DNA of 64,000 nt from Eubacteriales bacterium (GCA_045541395.1 JAZQIZ010000001.1:21233-85232); one strand, 5' to 3'; counted from the first letter of the stretch, positions 17,894-28,072 are shown. Notes: generated by a model from the letters alone, not told the origin. Made by a program: numbers and translations.

Positions 17894-18103
17894 ATGATAA
17901 AAGGTTTAAGCCGACAAGCAATAGTTCTTATTCCCGATAAAACCGACGTGTTCGATAAGGTAATTTTCCTTGTAAATCCTCAGTCTTCCGGAAAAAGAAT
18001 CTCGCAAGAGGAGATGTTGGAAGAGGCTTTGAGAATTATTGAGCGTAACACAAGCTATAATTTATCAAAAAAAAGAAGAACCAGTCAGTTTAAACGCGAT
18101 TGA
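17894..18103 (+). CDS. Small hypothetical protein (69 aa)
   Basis: GAAGGGAG SD precedes the ATG at 17894; the track start at 17819 has none. Basic C-terminus. Family not recognised. Confidence 0.4.
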   Translation: MIKGLSRQAIVLIPDKTDVFDKVIFLVNPQSSGKRISQEEMLEEALRIIERNTSYNLSKKRRTSQFKRD

Positions 18104-18164
18104 TATTTGATTTGTTCACAATTTTATGATATTATATATACATTATGTTTAATATGGTGGTTTA

Positions 18165-19127
18165 ATGGAAAATATTACGCCCTTGCCGCTTATTATGGCA
18201 CCACTTGCCGGCATTACCGACAGTGTGTTCAGGCGAATTGTAAAAAGCTTCGGCGCTGATGTGACTTATTCCGAAATGATCAGCTCCCGTGGTTTGTATT
18301 ACAAAGATAAAAAAACTAAAGAACTGTTGTATTTTGAAAAAGAGGAAACGCCCATTATCATTCAGCTTTTCGGTAATCAGCCGGATATAATGGCTTATGC
18401 TGCTGAGGAAATAGCTCAGTATAGGCCGCAGGGGCTGAATATCAATATGGGATGTCCAATGCCTAAAATTGTTAATAACGGCGACGGTTGCGCTCTTATG
18501 AAGAATATTTCCCTCGCTTCTAAGGTATGTTATGCTGTTGCAAAGGCTACGAACTTGCCTGTAAGTGTTAAATTCCGAAGCGGATGGGGAAGTGACAGTA
18601 TAAATGCTGTTGAATTTGCCCGGGCGATGGAGCAAAGCGGTGCTTCATCATTGACCGTCCACGGAAGAACAAGAGAACAACAATATTCCGGTAAGGCAGA
18701 TATCAGTATTACTGAAGCAGTTAAAAACGCCGTAAAAATTCCGGTTTACCACAGTGGCGATATTACTGATGTGGAAAGCGCAGCAAATATTGCAAGGTTG
18801 ACCGGTTGTGACGGACTGATGATAGGGCGCGGTGCCTTGGGAAATCCTTGGCTGTTTTCGCAGATCAAATCTGCTTACGAAGGCAAGGAGATTATTTTTC
18901 CTTCTCCCGACGAGAAAATAAAAATGGCTCTGCTGCATGCCAAAATGCTTTGTGACTACAAGGGTGAGCAGGGCGGTATAAGAGAAAGCCGCAAGTTTTC
19001 GGCCTGGTATGCAAAGGGGCTTAAAGGTTCTGCCCGGCTTAGAAATGACGTAACTAAAGCAGTAAGCTACGAACAGTTGGAAAGGCTGTTTTGTGAATAT
19101 TTAAATAACGTAAAGGACGGTGAATAA
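18165..19127 (+). CDS. dusB: tRNA dihydrouridine synthase B
   Basis: MAPLAGITD...INMGCP...VSVKFR..., the TIM-barrel Dus pattern. Confidence 0.9.
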   Translation: MENITPLPLIMAPLAGITDSVFRRIVKSFGADVTYSEMISSRGLYYKDKKTKELLYFEKEETPIIIQLFGNQPDIMAYAAEEIAQYRPQGLNINMGCPMPKIVNNGDGCALMKNISLASKVCYAVAKATNLPVSVKFRSGWGSDSINAVEFARAMEQSGASSLTVHGRTREQQYSGKADISITEAVKNAVKIPVYHSGDITDVESAANIARLTGCDGLMIGRGALGNPWLFSQIKSAYEGKEIIFPSPDEKIKMALLHAKMLCDYKGEQGGIRESRKFSAWYAKGLKGSARLRNDVTKAVSYEQLERLFCEYLNNVKDGE

Positions 19128-19129
19128 CA

Positions 19130-19681
19130 GTGACCGATATGGAAATTATAAGAAGGGTCAGATCGGGCAAAACAAATGCCTATGAAGATCTTGTCCTGAA
19201 ATACGAAAAACGTATTTTCAACGCCGTAATGTCAATAGTAAAGAATGAACAGGATAGTCTTGATATTACCCAGAACGTGTTCATCAAGGCGTATATGCAT
19301 ATAGGTAACTTCAATGAAAACAGCCAATACTATACATATCTTTTCAAAATAGCGATCAATGAATGTAAGGATCATTTAAAAAAAGCTTTCAGGAATGACC
19401 TTTCACTTATAGATGAAGAGGGCAATCCTTTGGAGGTGGCAGACACTAAGGAAGACCCCGGCTCTTTAGCTGAGTTTCAGGAGCTTAAAATAGCTGTGAA
19501 TCAGTGTATTCTTGAGCTTCCGGAGGATTTAAGGGATGCCCTTGTGCTCAGAAGTATTTACGGTTTTACATATAATGAAATTGCCGTAAGCTTGAATATT
19601 GAGCCGGGTACGGTAAAATCCCGCATTAGCCGAGGAAGAGAAAAAGTAAGAAATTCTCTTGCGGAGCGGAACCTTTTATGA
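19130..19681 (+). CDS. ECF-type RNA polymerase sigma-70 factor
   Basis: 183 aa with region 2 (DITQNVFIKAY) and region 4 HTH (YNEIAVSLNIEPGTVKSRISRGR). Confidence 0.85.
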   Translation: MTDMEIIRRVRSGKTNAYEDLVLKYEKRIFNAVMSIVKNEQDSLDITQNVFIKAYMHIGNFNENSQYYTYLFKIAINECKDHLKKAFRNDLSLIDEEGNPLEVADTKEDPGSLAEFQELKIAVNQCILELPEDLRDALVLRSIYGFTYNEIAVSLNIEPGTVKSRISRGREKVRNSLAERNLL

Positions 19682-19713
19682 AACCAATCGTCTAAGAAGT
19701 AGGGAGTGTTATA

Positions 19714-20523
19714 ATGAAGACCTGTGATGAAATCAGAGAGCTTTTGGATGCTTATTGGGATTTTGAGCTGACCCGCCTTGAGCGTATGGAGGTGGAGGCT
19801 CATATTGAACAGTGCCCCGATTGCGCAAAGCTCTTAAAGGATTATGAAAAACTTTTTGAAAAAACCGAATATATTATGCCTCAGTCTGTTGCCGCAGGAG
19901 TGATGGAGCAAGTAAATAACGCAGAGGCTGGTGACCTGTTTAACGAGCCTGTGGATAAAGAAGCGGATTATGCTATGCGTAAAAGAATAAATAAGCGTGA
20001 AGGTATAAAAGCCTGGGGGCTTATTGCCGTTGTACTGCTTTTTGCCGTAGGCTATTATTTCCTTGAGGACTATATGACTTCGAAAACCGGAGTTGTTAAA
20101 GATGAGGCTGTAACAGAAGAGTCTGTTCAGGATAATGCGGAGGACGTTAATCAGAATCTGGGCGCTGCACCGGGTGAATCCACATTAGATAAGAACTCTT
20201 CAGTTTTGAACGTATTAAGAGAAAGCCTCAAGACTTCCGATTCGCTTACGGTTAAGTTTGGTAGCTCTAAGGTTGTTCTTTATGAACAATTTGATTTAGA
20301 CTACGTATCCGATTACATTGCCTCCAATCCCTGTGAGAAGGTTGAGGGAAGGGTAGATTATAAATCTATAGGAAACATAAAAACCAAGCCTGACAATAAA
20401 ATGAATATTCAGATTACCGACACCCATAGTATAGTCTTTACCTATAATGAGGAAATATATGAAATACAGTGTGAAAGAGAAGAACTTTTACACGTATTCC
20501 AAGGTGTTGGTATAAACGGTTAA
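19714..20523 (+). CDS. Anti-sigma factor (zf-HC2), single-pass membrane protein
   Basis: HIEQCPDC (Hx3Cx2C), TM segment AWGLIAVVLLFAVGYYFL, and an uncharacterised ~150-aa outer domain. Confidence 0.7.
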   Translation: MKTCDEIRELLDAYWDFELTRLERMEVEAHIEQCPDCAKLLKDYEKLFEKTEYIMPQSVAAGVMEQVNNAEAGDLFNEPVDKEADYAMRKRINKREGIKAWGLIAVVLLFAVGYYFLEDYMTSKTGVVKDEAVTEESVQDNAEDVNQNLGAAPGESTLDKNSSVLNVLRESLKTSDSLTVKFGSSKVVLYEQFDLDYVSDYIASNPCEKVEGRVDYKSIGNIKTKPDNKMNIQITDTHSIVFTYNEEIYEIQCEREELLHVFQGVGING

Positions 20524-20531
20524 TAATTAAG

Positions 20532-20560
20532 GGCGCGTGAAGTAATTCACGCGCCTTTTA
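20532..20560 (+). terminator. Terminator after the sigma/anti-sigma pair
   Basis: ggcgcgtgaa pairs with ttcacgcgcc, followed by tttt. Confidence 0.85.
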
Positions 20561-20641
20561 AAAAAATATTTGAATTTACACACGTATTATGATATAATAT
20601 TAAAATCAATTTTTATACCTATTTGAAAGGAGGATATTGTC

Positions 20642-22654
20642 GTGGAAGTACAAGAACTTAATAAGTTTGATCCGTTGCTGCTGTCATTAATTAAGTCCCG
20701 TGGCCCTCAGACTGAGCAAGATATATACGAATTCATAAACGGCAATCCGAATGTTTTTCATTCGCCCTCTTGTCTTTTAGGTATGGAAAAGGCCGTTCAA
20801 AGAACCCGTAAAGCAATTGAAAACCATGAAAATATTCTTATTATAGGTGATTCCGACAGTGATGGTATAACCGCAACTGCCGTTCTTTACGATTATTTAT
20901 TAAAAAAAGGCGCCAAGGTCAGTTTTCTTATACCTGATAACGGCACTAACAGCGATGCATTAAGCAATTCAAAGCTTAATGAGTATGCAAATAATGGTTT
21001 CAACCTTGTTATTACCGTGGATATGGGTATTTCTGTCGGTGATTTTATTGGTGATTTTGATAAATATAATCTTGATATTATTATTACTGATCACCATGAA
21101 ACCAAGGATTCACTGCCCTCAGTATATTCGGTAATTGATCCGAAAAGAAAGGATTCGTCCTACCCTTTCTCTGGGCTTTCGGGCGCAGGCGTTGCTCTTA
21201 AACTTTGTTGCGGTATAGAAGGCGACAGTTTCGGTGTACTCAATGAGTATTGTGACCTTGTTGCTATAGGGACTATAGCAGATGCAATGCCACTTTTAGA
21301 TGAAAACCGTAATATTGTTCGTATTGGTCTTAACAAAATAAATACAAAAATGAGGCCGGCAATAGGTGCGCTTCTAAAAACTGCAGGTTTTAATTCTGAA
21401 CGACAGGTCACGGCCTCGGTTTTAGGCTTTGTTGTTGCGCCACGTTTAAATGCAGCAGGAAGGATCAATAAGTCGGACCTTGCTATTGAGCTTTTGCTTA
21501 GTAATGATAATGAAAGAATTAAAGAATTATCAGCAATGTTCGCCGAAGCAAACCGTGAACGGCAACAAATAGAACTGGTAGCATTAAATGAAGCGGCTCA
21601 ACTCATTGAAAACGAAATAGATCTTGATAAAGATAGAATCATAATACTCAAGGTTAATGAGTGGCAACAGGGAATTGCGGGCATTGTTGCTTCCCGTATT
21701 GTTGACAGATACTCCTTGCCCTGTATAATAGTTTCCTTTGCAAACGGTGTGGGCCGCGGCTCTGCAAGAAGCGTTAAGGGATTTAATTTATTCAGTATTC
21801 TAGGCGAAAATAAACACCTTTTGATGGAATACGGCGGCCATGAATTGGCGGCGGGTATAACAGTAACACTGGATAAGTTTGATGAACTGAAACAAAACCT
21901 TCTTTTAAGGGCTGAGGAAATTTATGATATTAACGGTTATTCCATGGCAATCAAAGAAGAAGCTATTGTTGAGCAAGATAAATTAACAATGGAATTTGCC
22001 GGCTCCCTTACTGTTTTGGAACCGTTCGGTAATGAAAATCCTCAACCTATATTCCTCACAAAAGGCGTTTTGGTGGAGGACGTTATATCTCTTGCAAACG
22101 ACAGGCATCTTAAATTCACACTCCAAAAAAATGGCGTTCGTTATACCGCCCTTTATTTTGGAAGAACAATTAGAGAGATCAAGTGCACTGCAGGGGATAC
22201 TATAGATATCTATTTTGCAATGGATATTAATACTTTCAAGAAAAAGAAACAGCTTCAGTTGATTATTAAGAAGGCTGAGCTTTCGCCCGAATGTATAGTT
22301 CCGGGCTATAGTGAAGAATACGAACAGTATATCAGCGGCAACGTAAGCGTTCTGCCTGAAGCTGCAGTTCCCGATAAAGAGGATGTTATTTCGGTTTATA
22401 GGTATTTGACCCGTATAAACAATGAAAATTGGAGATCCTGCCTGTTGAACCCTTATATGATGTCCCGTCATATATCTCGAAATTTTAATACCGCTATGAA
22501 TTATGCCAAGCTTATGCTTTCTATTGAGATTCTTGTTCAGCTTAGGCTTGCCGAATTCGAAAAGCATGGAAGTTATATTTGCACTGCAGTCAAACGAACT
22601 CAGGGGAAAATAAATCTTTCAGAATCTGCTTTATATAAAAAGCTCCGAGGATAA
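20642..22654 (+). CDS. recJ: Single-stranded-DNA-specific exonuclease RecJ
   Basis: DHH-family motifs GDSDSDGITA, DMG, ITDHHE, and the DHHA1 region GGHELAAG. GTG start with AAGGAGG SD. Confidence 0.9.
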   Translation: MEVQELNKFDPLLLSLIKSRGPQTEQDIYEFINGNPNVFHSPSCLLGMEKAVQRTRKAIENHENILIIGDSDSDGITATAVLYDYLLKKGAKVSFLIPDNGTNSDALSNSKLNEYANNGFNLVITVDMGISVGDFIGDFDKYNLDIIITDHHETKDSLPSVYSVIDPKRKDSSYPFSGLSGAGVALKLCCGIEGDSFGVLNEYCDLVAIGTIADAMPLLDENRNIVRIGLNKINTKMRPAIGALLKTAGFNSERQVTASVLGFVVAPRLNAAGRINKSDLAIELLLSNDNERIKELSAMFAEANRERQQIELVALNEAAQLIENEIDLDKDRIIILKVNEWQQGIAGIVASRIVDRYSLPCIIVSFANGVGRGSARSVKGFNLFSILGENKHLLMEYGGHELAAGITVTLDKFDELKQNLLLRAEEIYDINGYSMAIKEEAIVEQDKLTMEFAGSLTVLEPFGNENPQPIFLTKGVLVEDVISLANDRHLKFTLQKNGVRYTALYFGRTIREIKCTAGDTIDIYFAMDINTFKKKKQLQLIIKKAELSPECIVPGYSEEYEQYISGNVSVLPEAAVPDKEDVISVYRYLTRINNENWRSCLLNPYMMSRHISRNFNTAMNYAKLMLSIEILVQLRLAEFEKHGSYICTAVKRTQGKINLSESALYKKLRG

Positions 22655-22659
22655 TTTTT

Positions 22660-24825
22660 ATGGATTATAAGCAAGACCTTATCAATGCGCTCAATGAGCG
22701 CACGGCACAATTTGATATAGATAAGATCATAAAGGCGTACGACCTGGCAAACAAATGCCATGAAGGTCAGATGCGCCTTTCGGGTGAGCCTTATATTTCT
22801 CACCCCGTTGAGGTTGCAAAAATACTTATCGGGATGGACTGTGATACAGATACGGTTGTTTCTGCTCTTTTACACGATACGCTGGAGGATACCGACCTGG
22901 CGCCGACAGTGATAAAAAAAGAATTCGGCGATAATACTCTTCTTATTGTTGAAGGCCTTTCAAAGCTGTCTAAACTCAATTTCACAACAAAAGAAGACGA
23001 GCAGGTAGAAAATCTTCGCAAAATGCTCCTTGCAATGGTTAAGGATATCCGCGTTATTCTTATTAAACTGGCAGACAGACTTCATAATATGAGAACCCTT
23101 TCAGCGAAATCCGAAAAACGTCAAAGAGAGATATCCTTTGAAACAATGCAGATATATGCTCCCTTGGCTGATCGCCTTGGTGTTCAGCGAGTAAAAGCAG
23201 AGCTTGAAGATATAAGCCTTTCTTATCTGGATCCGATCGGATATAAGGAAATAGAAAATAATATAGCAAGCCTTAAGGAAAAAGGTGAAACCCTCCTTGA
23301 GTCTATTAAGCAGAATATAAGCGAACGCCTCGGTGAGGATAAGATAAAATTTAATATAGATTACCGTGTAAAACAAATTTACAGTATCTATAATAAAATG
23401 TATACCCATAATCATGCTTTTGAGGAGATTTACGATCTTTACGCTTTGAGGGTAATTGTTGATACAATGCCCGAATGCTATTACGTTCTCGGCATTATCC
23501 ACGATATGTTTTCTCCCTTGCCCGGCAGATTTAAGGATTATATTTCAACTCCTAAACCGAATATGTACCAATCTCTGCATACTGTTGTTTTAAGTCGCAG
23601 CGGTATTCCTTTTGAGGTGCAAATACGTACATGGGATATGCATAAGGTTGCTGAATTCGGTATTGCGGCTCATTGGAAATATAAAGGTGGCGTAACCGGC
23701 GCCAGCGCAATAGACAGTAAACTTGAATGGATAAGAAACTTCCTTGAGGATCCCGGTGAAAGAGTAGATAATGAAGATCTTATGCAAGAATTAAAGGTAA
23801 ATCTTTTTGCAGATCAGGTTTTTGTTTTCACACCGCAGGGTGACGTTGTGAATCTTCCCGTGGGTTCAAATCCTATTGACTTTGCTTACAATATTCATAC
23901 AGCCGTTGGTAACCGTATGATCGGAGCCAAGGTAAACGGCAAAATTGTTGAACTGTCGTATCCTTTAAATAACGGCGACGTTGTTGAAGTGCTTACATCC
24001 AAAGAAGAGCGCGGCCCTTCACGTGACTGGATAAACATTGTTAAGAGTAACTCTGCCCGTTCAAAAATACGTCAGTATCTTAAACGTGAGCGCAGAGATG
24101 AGAATATTGTTAAGGGCAGGGCGGACCTTGAAAAAGAACTGCGCCGTAATAATATTCCCATAAGCGGCGAAATTTTTGAAAAGCTTATGCAAAAAGCAAT
24201 AGAGCGCTATATGGTAAAGGATCTTGATGATCTGTATGCTACTATCGGTTATGGCGGTTTGCTGCTTGTAAAAGTTATGCCTAAAATCAGAGAATGGTAC
24301 AAGGCATTTTCAGTCCCCGTTGTTAAGAAGATCGAAAATCTTGACGGCACTGTTCCTGCAAATCGCGCTTCAGGTGGCGTTATTGTTGAAGGTATTGATA
24401 ACTGTCTCGTTAAACTATCCCATTGCTGTAACCCGTTGCCGGGTGATGATATAATGGGATTTATTACCCGTGGTTACGGAGTTTCAGTTCATAAGTGTGA
24501 TTGTCCCAACGTTAAAGGCCTGATGGCTTCCAAGGATGCCAAGGAGCGTATAATAAACGTAAGCTGGGATTATTACGAATCTCATGTGTTTGCGGCAACC
24601 TTGTCTATTGTTGCAAAGGACAGGCTTGGTCTTGCTGCGGAAATCACTACCGCTCTTGCTAATCTTCACGTTATGATCCACCGTCTTTCCGCCAGGGAAA
24701 CTAAGGAACATACAAGTACAATTTGCGTAACAATAGATGTTAAGGATGTTGAACATCTTTCTGCAGTGACCGCAAGGTTAAAGCGTATAGAAGGTGTTTT
24801 AACTATTATCAGAGGTGAAATTTAA
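22660..24825 (+). CDS. relA: Bifunctional (p)ppGpp synthetase/hydrolase (RelA/SpoT, Rel)
   Basis: HD domain (HPVEVA...LHDTLEDT), synthetase domain (YQSLHT, EVQIRT), TGS and ACT regions. Confidence 0.95.
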   Translation: MDYKQDLINALNERTAQFDIDKIIKAYDLANKCHEGQMRLSGEPYISHPVEVAKILIGMDCDTDTVVSALLHDTLEDTDLAPTVIKKEFGDNTLLIVEGLSKLSKLNFTTKEDEQVENLRKMLLAMVKDIRVILIKLADRLHNMRTLSAKSEKRQREISFETMQIYAPLADRLGVQRVKAELEDISLSYLDPIGYKEIENNIASLKEKGETLLESIKQNISERLGEDKIKFNIDYRVKQIYSIYNKMYTHNHAFEEIYDLYALRVIVDTMPECYYVLGIIHDMFSPLPGRFKDYISTPKPNMYQSLHTVVLSRSGIPFEVQIRTWDMHKVAEFGIAAHWKYKGGVTGASAIDSKLEWIRNFLEDPGERVDNEDLMQELKVNLFADQVFVFTPQGDVVNLPVGSNPIDFAYNIHTAVGNRMIGAKVNGKIVELSYPLNNGDVVEVLTSKEERGPSRDWINIVKSNSARSKIRQYLKRERRDENIVKGRADLEKELRRNNIPISGEIFEKLMQKAIERYMVKDLDDLYATIGYGGLLLVKVMPKIREWYKAFSVPVVKKIENLDGTVPANRASGGVIVEGIDNCLVKLSHCCNPLPGDDIMGFITRGYGVSVHKCDCPNVKGLMASKDAKERIINVSWDYYESHVFAATLSIVAKDRLGLAAEITTALANLHVMIHRLSARETKEHTSTICVTIDVKDVEHLSAVTARLKRIEGVLTIIRGEI

Positions 24826-25467
24826 ATGATAGTATCACGTATTGTTGTTGGACCTTTAGGTACCAACTGCTATATAGTTAAAAATGAAAAAACAGGTAAA
24901 GGCTTTGTGGTAGACCCGGGTAGTGGTGCCGAAAGAATTCTTGAGGAGATCAAGAATCTTGATGTTAAAGTGGAATATATTTTTCTGACCCATGGCCATT
25001 TTGACCATTGCCTTTGTGTTAAGGATATCAGCGATGCTACAGGTGCAAAGCTTGTATTTAATAAGGCTGATTTGGAACTGTTTAAAAGCGGTGCAGGTTT
25101 AGTTCGCCATTTTTACCCGGACAGAGTAAAAAGTATGCTTGAGCATTATTATATGTCTCCTTATCGCCTTGTTACCGAAGGTGATACTGTAGATGCAGGC
25201 GGTCTGGAAGTTACATTTATGAATACCCCCGGCCATACCGGTGGAAGTATGTTTATTTTCTGTGAAGATATTGCCTTTACCGGTGATACTTTACTGTTAG
25301 GCACTGTCGGCAGAACCGATTTTGAAGAAAGTATGCCATTTGAAATGGACGACACTCTTCTGAAAATTAAAAATCTTAATAGGTCTTGTAAAGTTTATCC
25401 CGGTCACGGTGACCTTACAACCTTAGAAAAAGAAAAAGCAACTAATATGTTTTTATACAGGATCTGA
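24826..25467 (+). CDS. MBL-fold metallo-hydrolase (glyoxalase II-like)
   Basis: LTHGHFDH motif and TPGHTGGS. The start abuts the relA stop. Confidence 0.8.
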   Translation: MIVSRIVVGPLGTNCYIVKNEKTGKGFVVDPGSGAERILEEIKNLDVKVEYIFLTHGHFDHCLCVKDISDATGAKLVFNKADLELFKSGAGLVRHFYPDRVKSMLEHYYMSPYRLVTEGDTVDAGGLEVTFMNTPGHTGGSMFIFCEDIAFTGDTLLLGTVGRTDFEESMPFEMDDTLLKIKNLNRSCKVYPGHGDLTTLEKEKATNMFLYRI

Positions 25468-25469
25468 AA

Positions 25470-26894
25470 ATGAAGCTTATAATAGAAGGCCATAATAAAA
25501 AATACGATCTTCAAAGTATAGCAAGCGCTTTCTTTCCCGGGCAGTCCTTCTCTGATGGGCTGCCCATTATTGAAAGCAAAGTTTTGGGAGAAAACGGTGC
25601 GGCTGTCTGTATAACCTCAATAAAGGGAGAAAACCGCACCGTAACAAAAACTGTTCCTTTAAATAAGTCTAAGGATGATGGTGTGCGTATTGCAGTTAAA
25701 AGCGCCTTTTTTGAGGCTGCGGTGGAATATACCGGTATTGTTCCGCCTTGGGGTGAGTTTTCAGGTATTCGTCCTGTTAAGTATATGTCTTCCCTGGATA
25801 GCAATACAGAAAAAGCAAAGGAAGAATTTATAAGTTCGCTTTTGGTGTCCGAAGAAAAAGCCGGGCTTTGCGCTAAGGTTATTGGCTTAAGAGAAAATAT
25901 GCTGTTTGAACAGGGGAGAAATGACTTTTCTCTTTATATTTCAATTCCGTTTTGCCCGTCCCGTTGCTCTTATTGCTCGTTTATTTCCCAGGCAGGGGAG
26001 AAAATGCTCTCATTAAAGCCTCGCTATATTGAAATGCTCTGCGAGGAACTTAGCCTTGTTGGTGCACTGGCTAAGGAAGAGAGGCTTAGGCTTCATTCAA
26101 TTTATGTGGGCGGCGGAACTCCTGCCGTGCTTACTCCAAAGGAACTGGCTACGGTGTTCGAGGCGGTAAATAATAATTTTAATCTTTCTCTTCTCAAGGA
26201 ATATACAGTAGAAGCTGGGCGCCCCGATGTAATTACTAAGGAAAAATTACAGGTAATGAAGTCCTTTGGGGGAGACCGTATAAGTATTAACCCCCAAACC
26301 TTAAATAACAAAGTCCTTGAAGCTATAGGCCGAAAGCATACTGCAGAGCAATTTTACAATGCATATAATATAGCAGAGCAGGTAGGCTTTAAGTCGGTAA
26401 ATACCGACCTTATTGTGGGGCTTCCGGAAGATGACCTTACAAGTTTTAAAAATACTCTTGACTCAATAATATCCCTGACTCCCGAAAACATTACCGTTCA
26501 TTCCTTGTGCCTTAAAAAATCCTCTTGGCTCAGGGTGGATGATAATACGGGCTTTCTTAAAAATAAGGAGGCAATAGAAATGTCTGAATACGCCAACAGA
26601 ATACTGCTTGAGAAGGATTATCTGCCTTATTATATGTATAAGCAGAAAAATGCTGTTGGTAGCCTGGAAAATACAGGCTTTTGCAAAGAGGGCTTTGAAA
26701 GCTACTATAATATAATTATGATGGACGATATTCAGAACGTTATCGGTGCCGGCGCAGGAAGTACAAGTAAACTTTTTGACGGCGGCGATCCGCTAAGGGT
26801 ATATAACTGCAAATATCCTTTTGAGTATATTTCTCATGTTGAAAAATTTAATGAAAATATAAGACTTATAAAAGATTTTTACAAAAATCATTGA
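25470..26894 (+). CDS. hemZ: Radical SAM coproporphyrinogen-dehydrogenase-like protein (HemZ type)
   Basis: CPSRCSYCSF (Cx3Cx2C), YVGGGTP, and an N-terminal HemZ-style extension. Confidence 0.75.
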   Translation: MKLIIEGHNKKYDLQSIASAFFPGQSFSDGLPIIESKVLGENGAAVCITSIKGENRTVTKTVPLNKSKDDGVRIAVKSAFFEAAVEYTGIVPPWGEFSGIRPVKYMSSLDSNTEKAKEEFISSLLVSEEKAGLCAKVIGLRENMLFEQGRNDFSLYISIPFCPSRCSYCSFISQAGEKMLSLKPRYIEMLCEELSLVGALAKEERLRLHSIYVGGGTPAVLTPKELATVFEAVNNNFNLSLLKEYTVEAGRPDVITKEKLQVMKSFGGDRISINPQTLNNKVLEAIGRKHTAEQFYNAYNIAEQVGFKSVNTDLIVGLPEDDLTSFKNTLDSIISLTPENITVHSLCLKKSSWLRVDDNTGFLKNKEAIEMSEYANRILLEKDYLPYYMYKQKNAVGSLENTGFCKEGFESYYNIIMMDDIQNVIGAGAGSTSKLFDGGDPLRVYNCKYPFEYISHVEKFNENIRLIKDFYKNH

Positions 26895-26946
26895 TTATAG
26901 GTTTAATTTGCTATAAAATATAGTCATTCGAACGGAGGTATTTACT

Positions 26947-27357
26947 ATGGAATTCAATGAAATAGAAAGAAAAGTTAAGGAAGCTGCTGAGGTTGTTGTT
27001 GAAAAAGCAGAATCAGTTGCCAAAACCGTTGGCGAAAAGGCTACCAAATTAGTGGAAGAGGGAAGGCTTAAGGCAAAGGTAAATGAAATCTCTTCCGCTG
27101 TCAATAAAAAACTGCTCAGCTTAGGCAAGCTTGCTTATGAAAACAGGGAAGAGCTTGGCTCTTCAGAAGAAGCTGCACTGTTAGTCGAAGAGATTGATAT
27201 GTGCTACCGCGATATAGAGAAGCTTAAAAATGAAATTGCCAAGGTTAAAGGTCAGGTCTACTGTCATAACTGCGGAAAGTACAATTCTCCCGATAGCAAG
27301 TATTGTAATTACTGCGGCGAGATACTTGAAGAAGATCCCTTAATGTTGATAGACTAA
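26947..27357 (+). CDS. Coiled-coil protein with C-terminal zinc ribbon
   Basis: CHNCGKYNSPDSKYCNYCGE. SD GGAGG. Confidence 0.55.
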   Translation: MEFNEIERKVKEAAEVVVEKAESVAKTVGEKATKLVEEGRLKAKVNEISSAVNKKLLSLGKLAYENREELGSSEEAALLVEEIDMCYRDIEKLKNEIAKVKGQVYCHNCGKYNSPDSKYCNYCGEILEEDPLMLID

Positions 27358-27360
27358 AAT

Positions 27361-27393
27361 TTAAAGCCGAGGTCTTCGGCTTTAAATTTTTTT
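27361..27393 (+). terminator. Terminator
   Basis: ttaaagccga pairs with tcggctttaa, followed by T7. Confidence 0.85.
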
Positions 27394-27414
27394 GCAAAAA
27401 ACTGAAATTTGGTA

Positions 27415-27443
27415 TTGACAAATCAGACCTTATGTTGTAGAAT
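27415..27443 (+). promoter_or_regulatory. tRNA operon promoter P1
   Basis: TTGACA, 17-nt spacer, TAGAAT. Confidence 0.7.
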
Positions 27444-27506
27444 ATAAAAGCTGTTGGGAAATGGTAGCGAGTTTATAAAAAAACTTAAAAAATTATAAAA
27501 TAGGGG

Positions 27507-27535
27507 TTGACAAAAGTTGATCCTCGTAGTATAAT
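27507..27535 (+). promoter_or_regulatory. tRNA operon promoter P2
   Basis: TTGACA, 17-nt spacer, TATAAT, ~40 nt upstream of tRNA-Val. Confidence 0.75.
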
Positions 27536-27578
27536 GAATAAGCTGTCGGACCGATAGTAACGGTGAATTGGAAAACTT

Positions 27579-27654
27579 GGAAGCTTAGCTCAGCTGGGAG
27601 AGCATCTGCCTTACAAGCAGAGGGTCACAGGTTCGAGCCCTGTAGTTTCCACCA
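27579..27654 (+). tRNA. tRNA-Val(TAC)
   Basis: 76-nt cloverleaf. Acceptor GGAAGCT/AGTTTCC, anticodon loop CTTACAA, T loop GGTTCGAGCC, encoded CCA. Confidence 0.95.
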
Positions 27655-27659
27655 AGTAT

Positions 27660-27736
27660 GGCTCCGTAGTTCAGTTGGTTAGAACGCCGCCCTGTCACGG
27701 CGGAGGTCGAGGGTTCGAGTCCCTTCGGAGTCGCCA
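27660..27736 (+). tRNA. tRNA-Asp(GTC)
   Basis: 77 nt. Anticodon loop CTGTCAC, GGTTCGAGTCC, encoded CCA. Confidence 0.95.
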
Positions 27737-27768
27737 ATTCATCCTCAAAGCGGGGATGCAATGCCCAC

Positions 27769-27844
<76 letters not shown>

Positions 27845-27848
27845 ATCT

Positions 27849-27924
27849 GCGGAATTACCTCATCTGGTAGAGCGCCACCTTGCCAAGGTGGAGGTAGCGA
27901 GTTCGAGCCTCGTATTCCGCCCCA
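27849..27924 (+). tRNA. tRNA-Gly(GCC)
   Basis: 76 nt. Anticodon stem CCACC/GGTGG with loop TTGCCAA, AGTTCGAGCC, encoded CCA. Confidence 0.9.
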
Positions 27925-27957
27925 GCGCCCACGGTAAAACGTGAGCGCGTTTTATTC

Positions 27958-28032
27958 GGCGCCATAGCCAAGTGGTAAGGCAAAGGTCTGCAAAACCTCT
28001 ATGCCCCGGTTCAAATCCGGGTGGCGCCTCCA
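27958..28032 (+). tRNA. tRNA-Cys(GCA)
   Basis: 75 nt. Acceptor GGCGCCA/TGGCGCC, anticodon loop CTGCAAA, GGTTCAAATCC, encoded CCA. Confidence 0.95.
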
Positions 28033-28036
28033 GAAA

Positions 28037-28068
28037 AAAGTCCTGTTCGAAAGAACAGGACTTTTTTC
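28037..28068 (+). terminator. tRNA operon terminator
   Basis: agtcctgttc (28039-28048) pairs with gaacaggact (28053-28062), followed by T6. Confidence 0.9.
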
Positions 28069-28072
28069 AACT

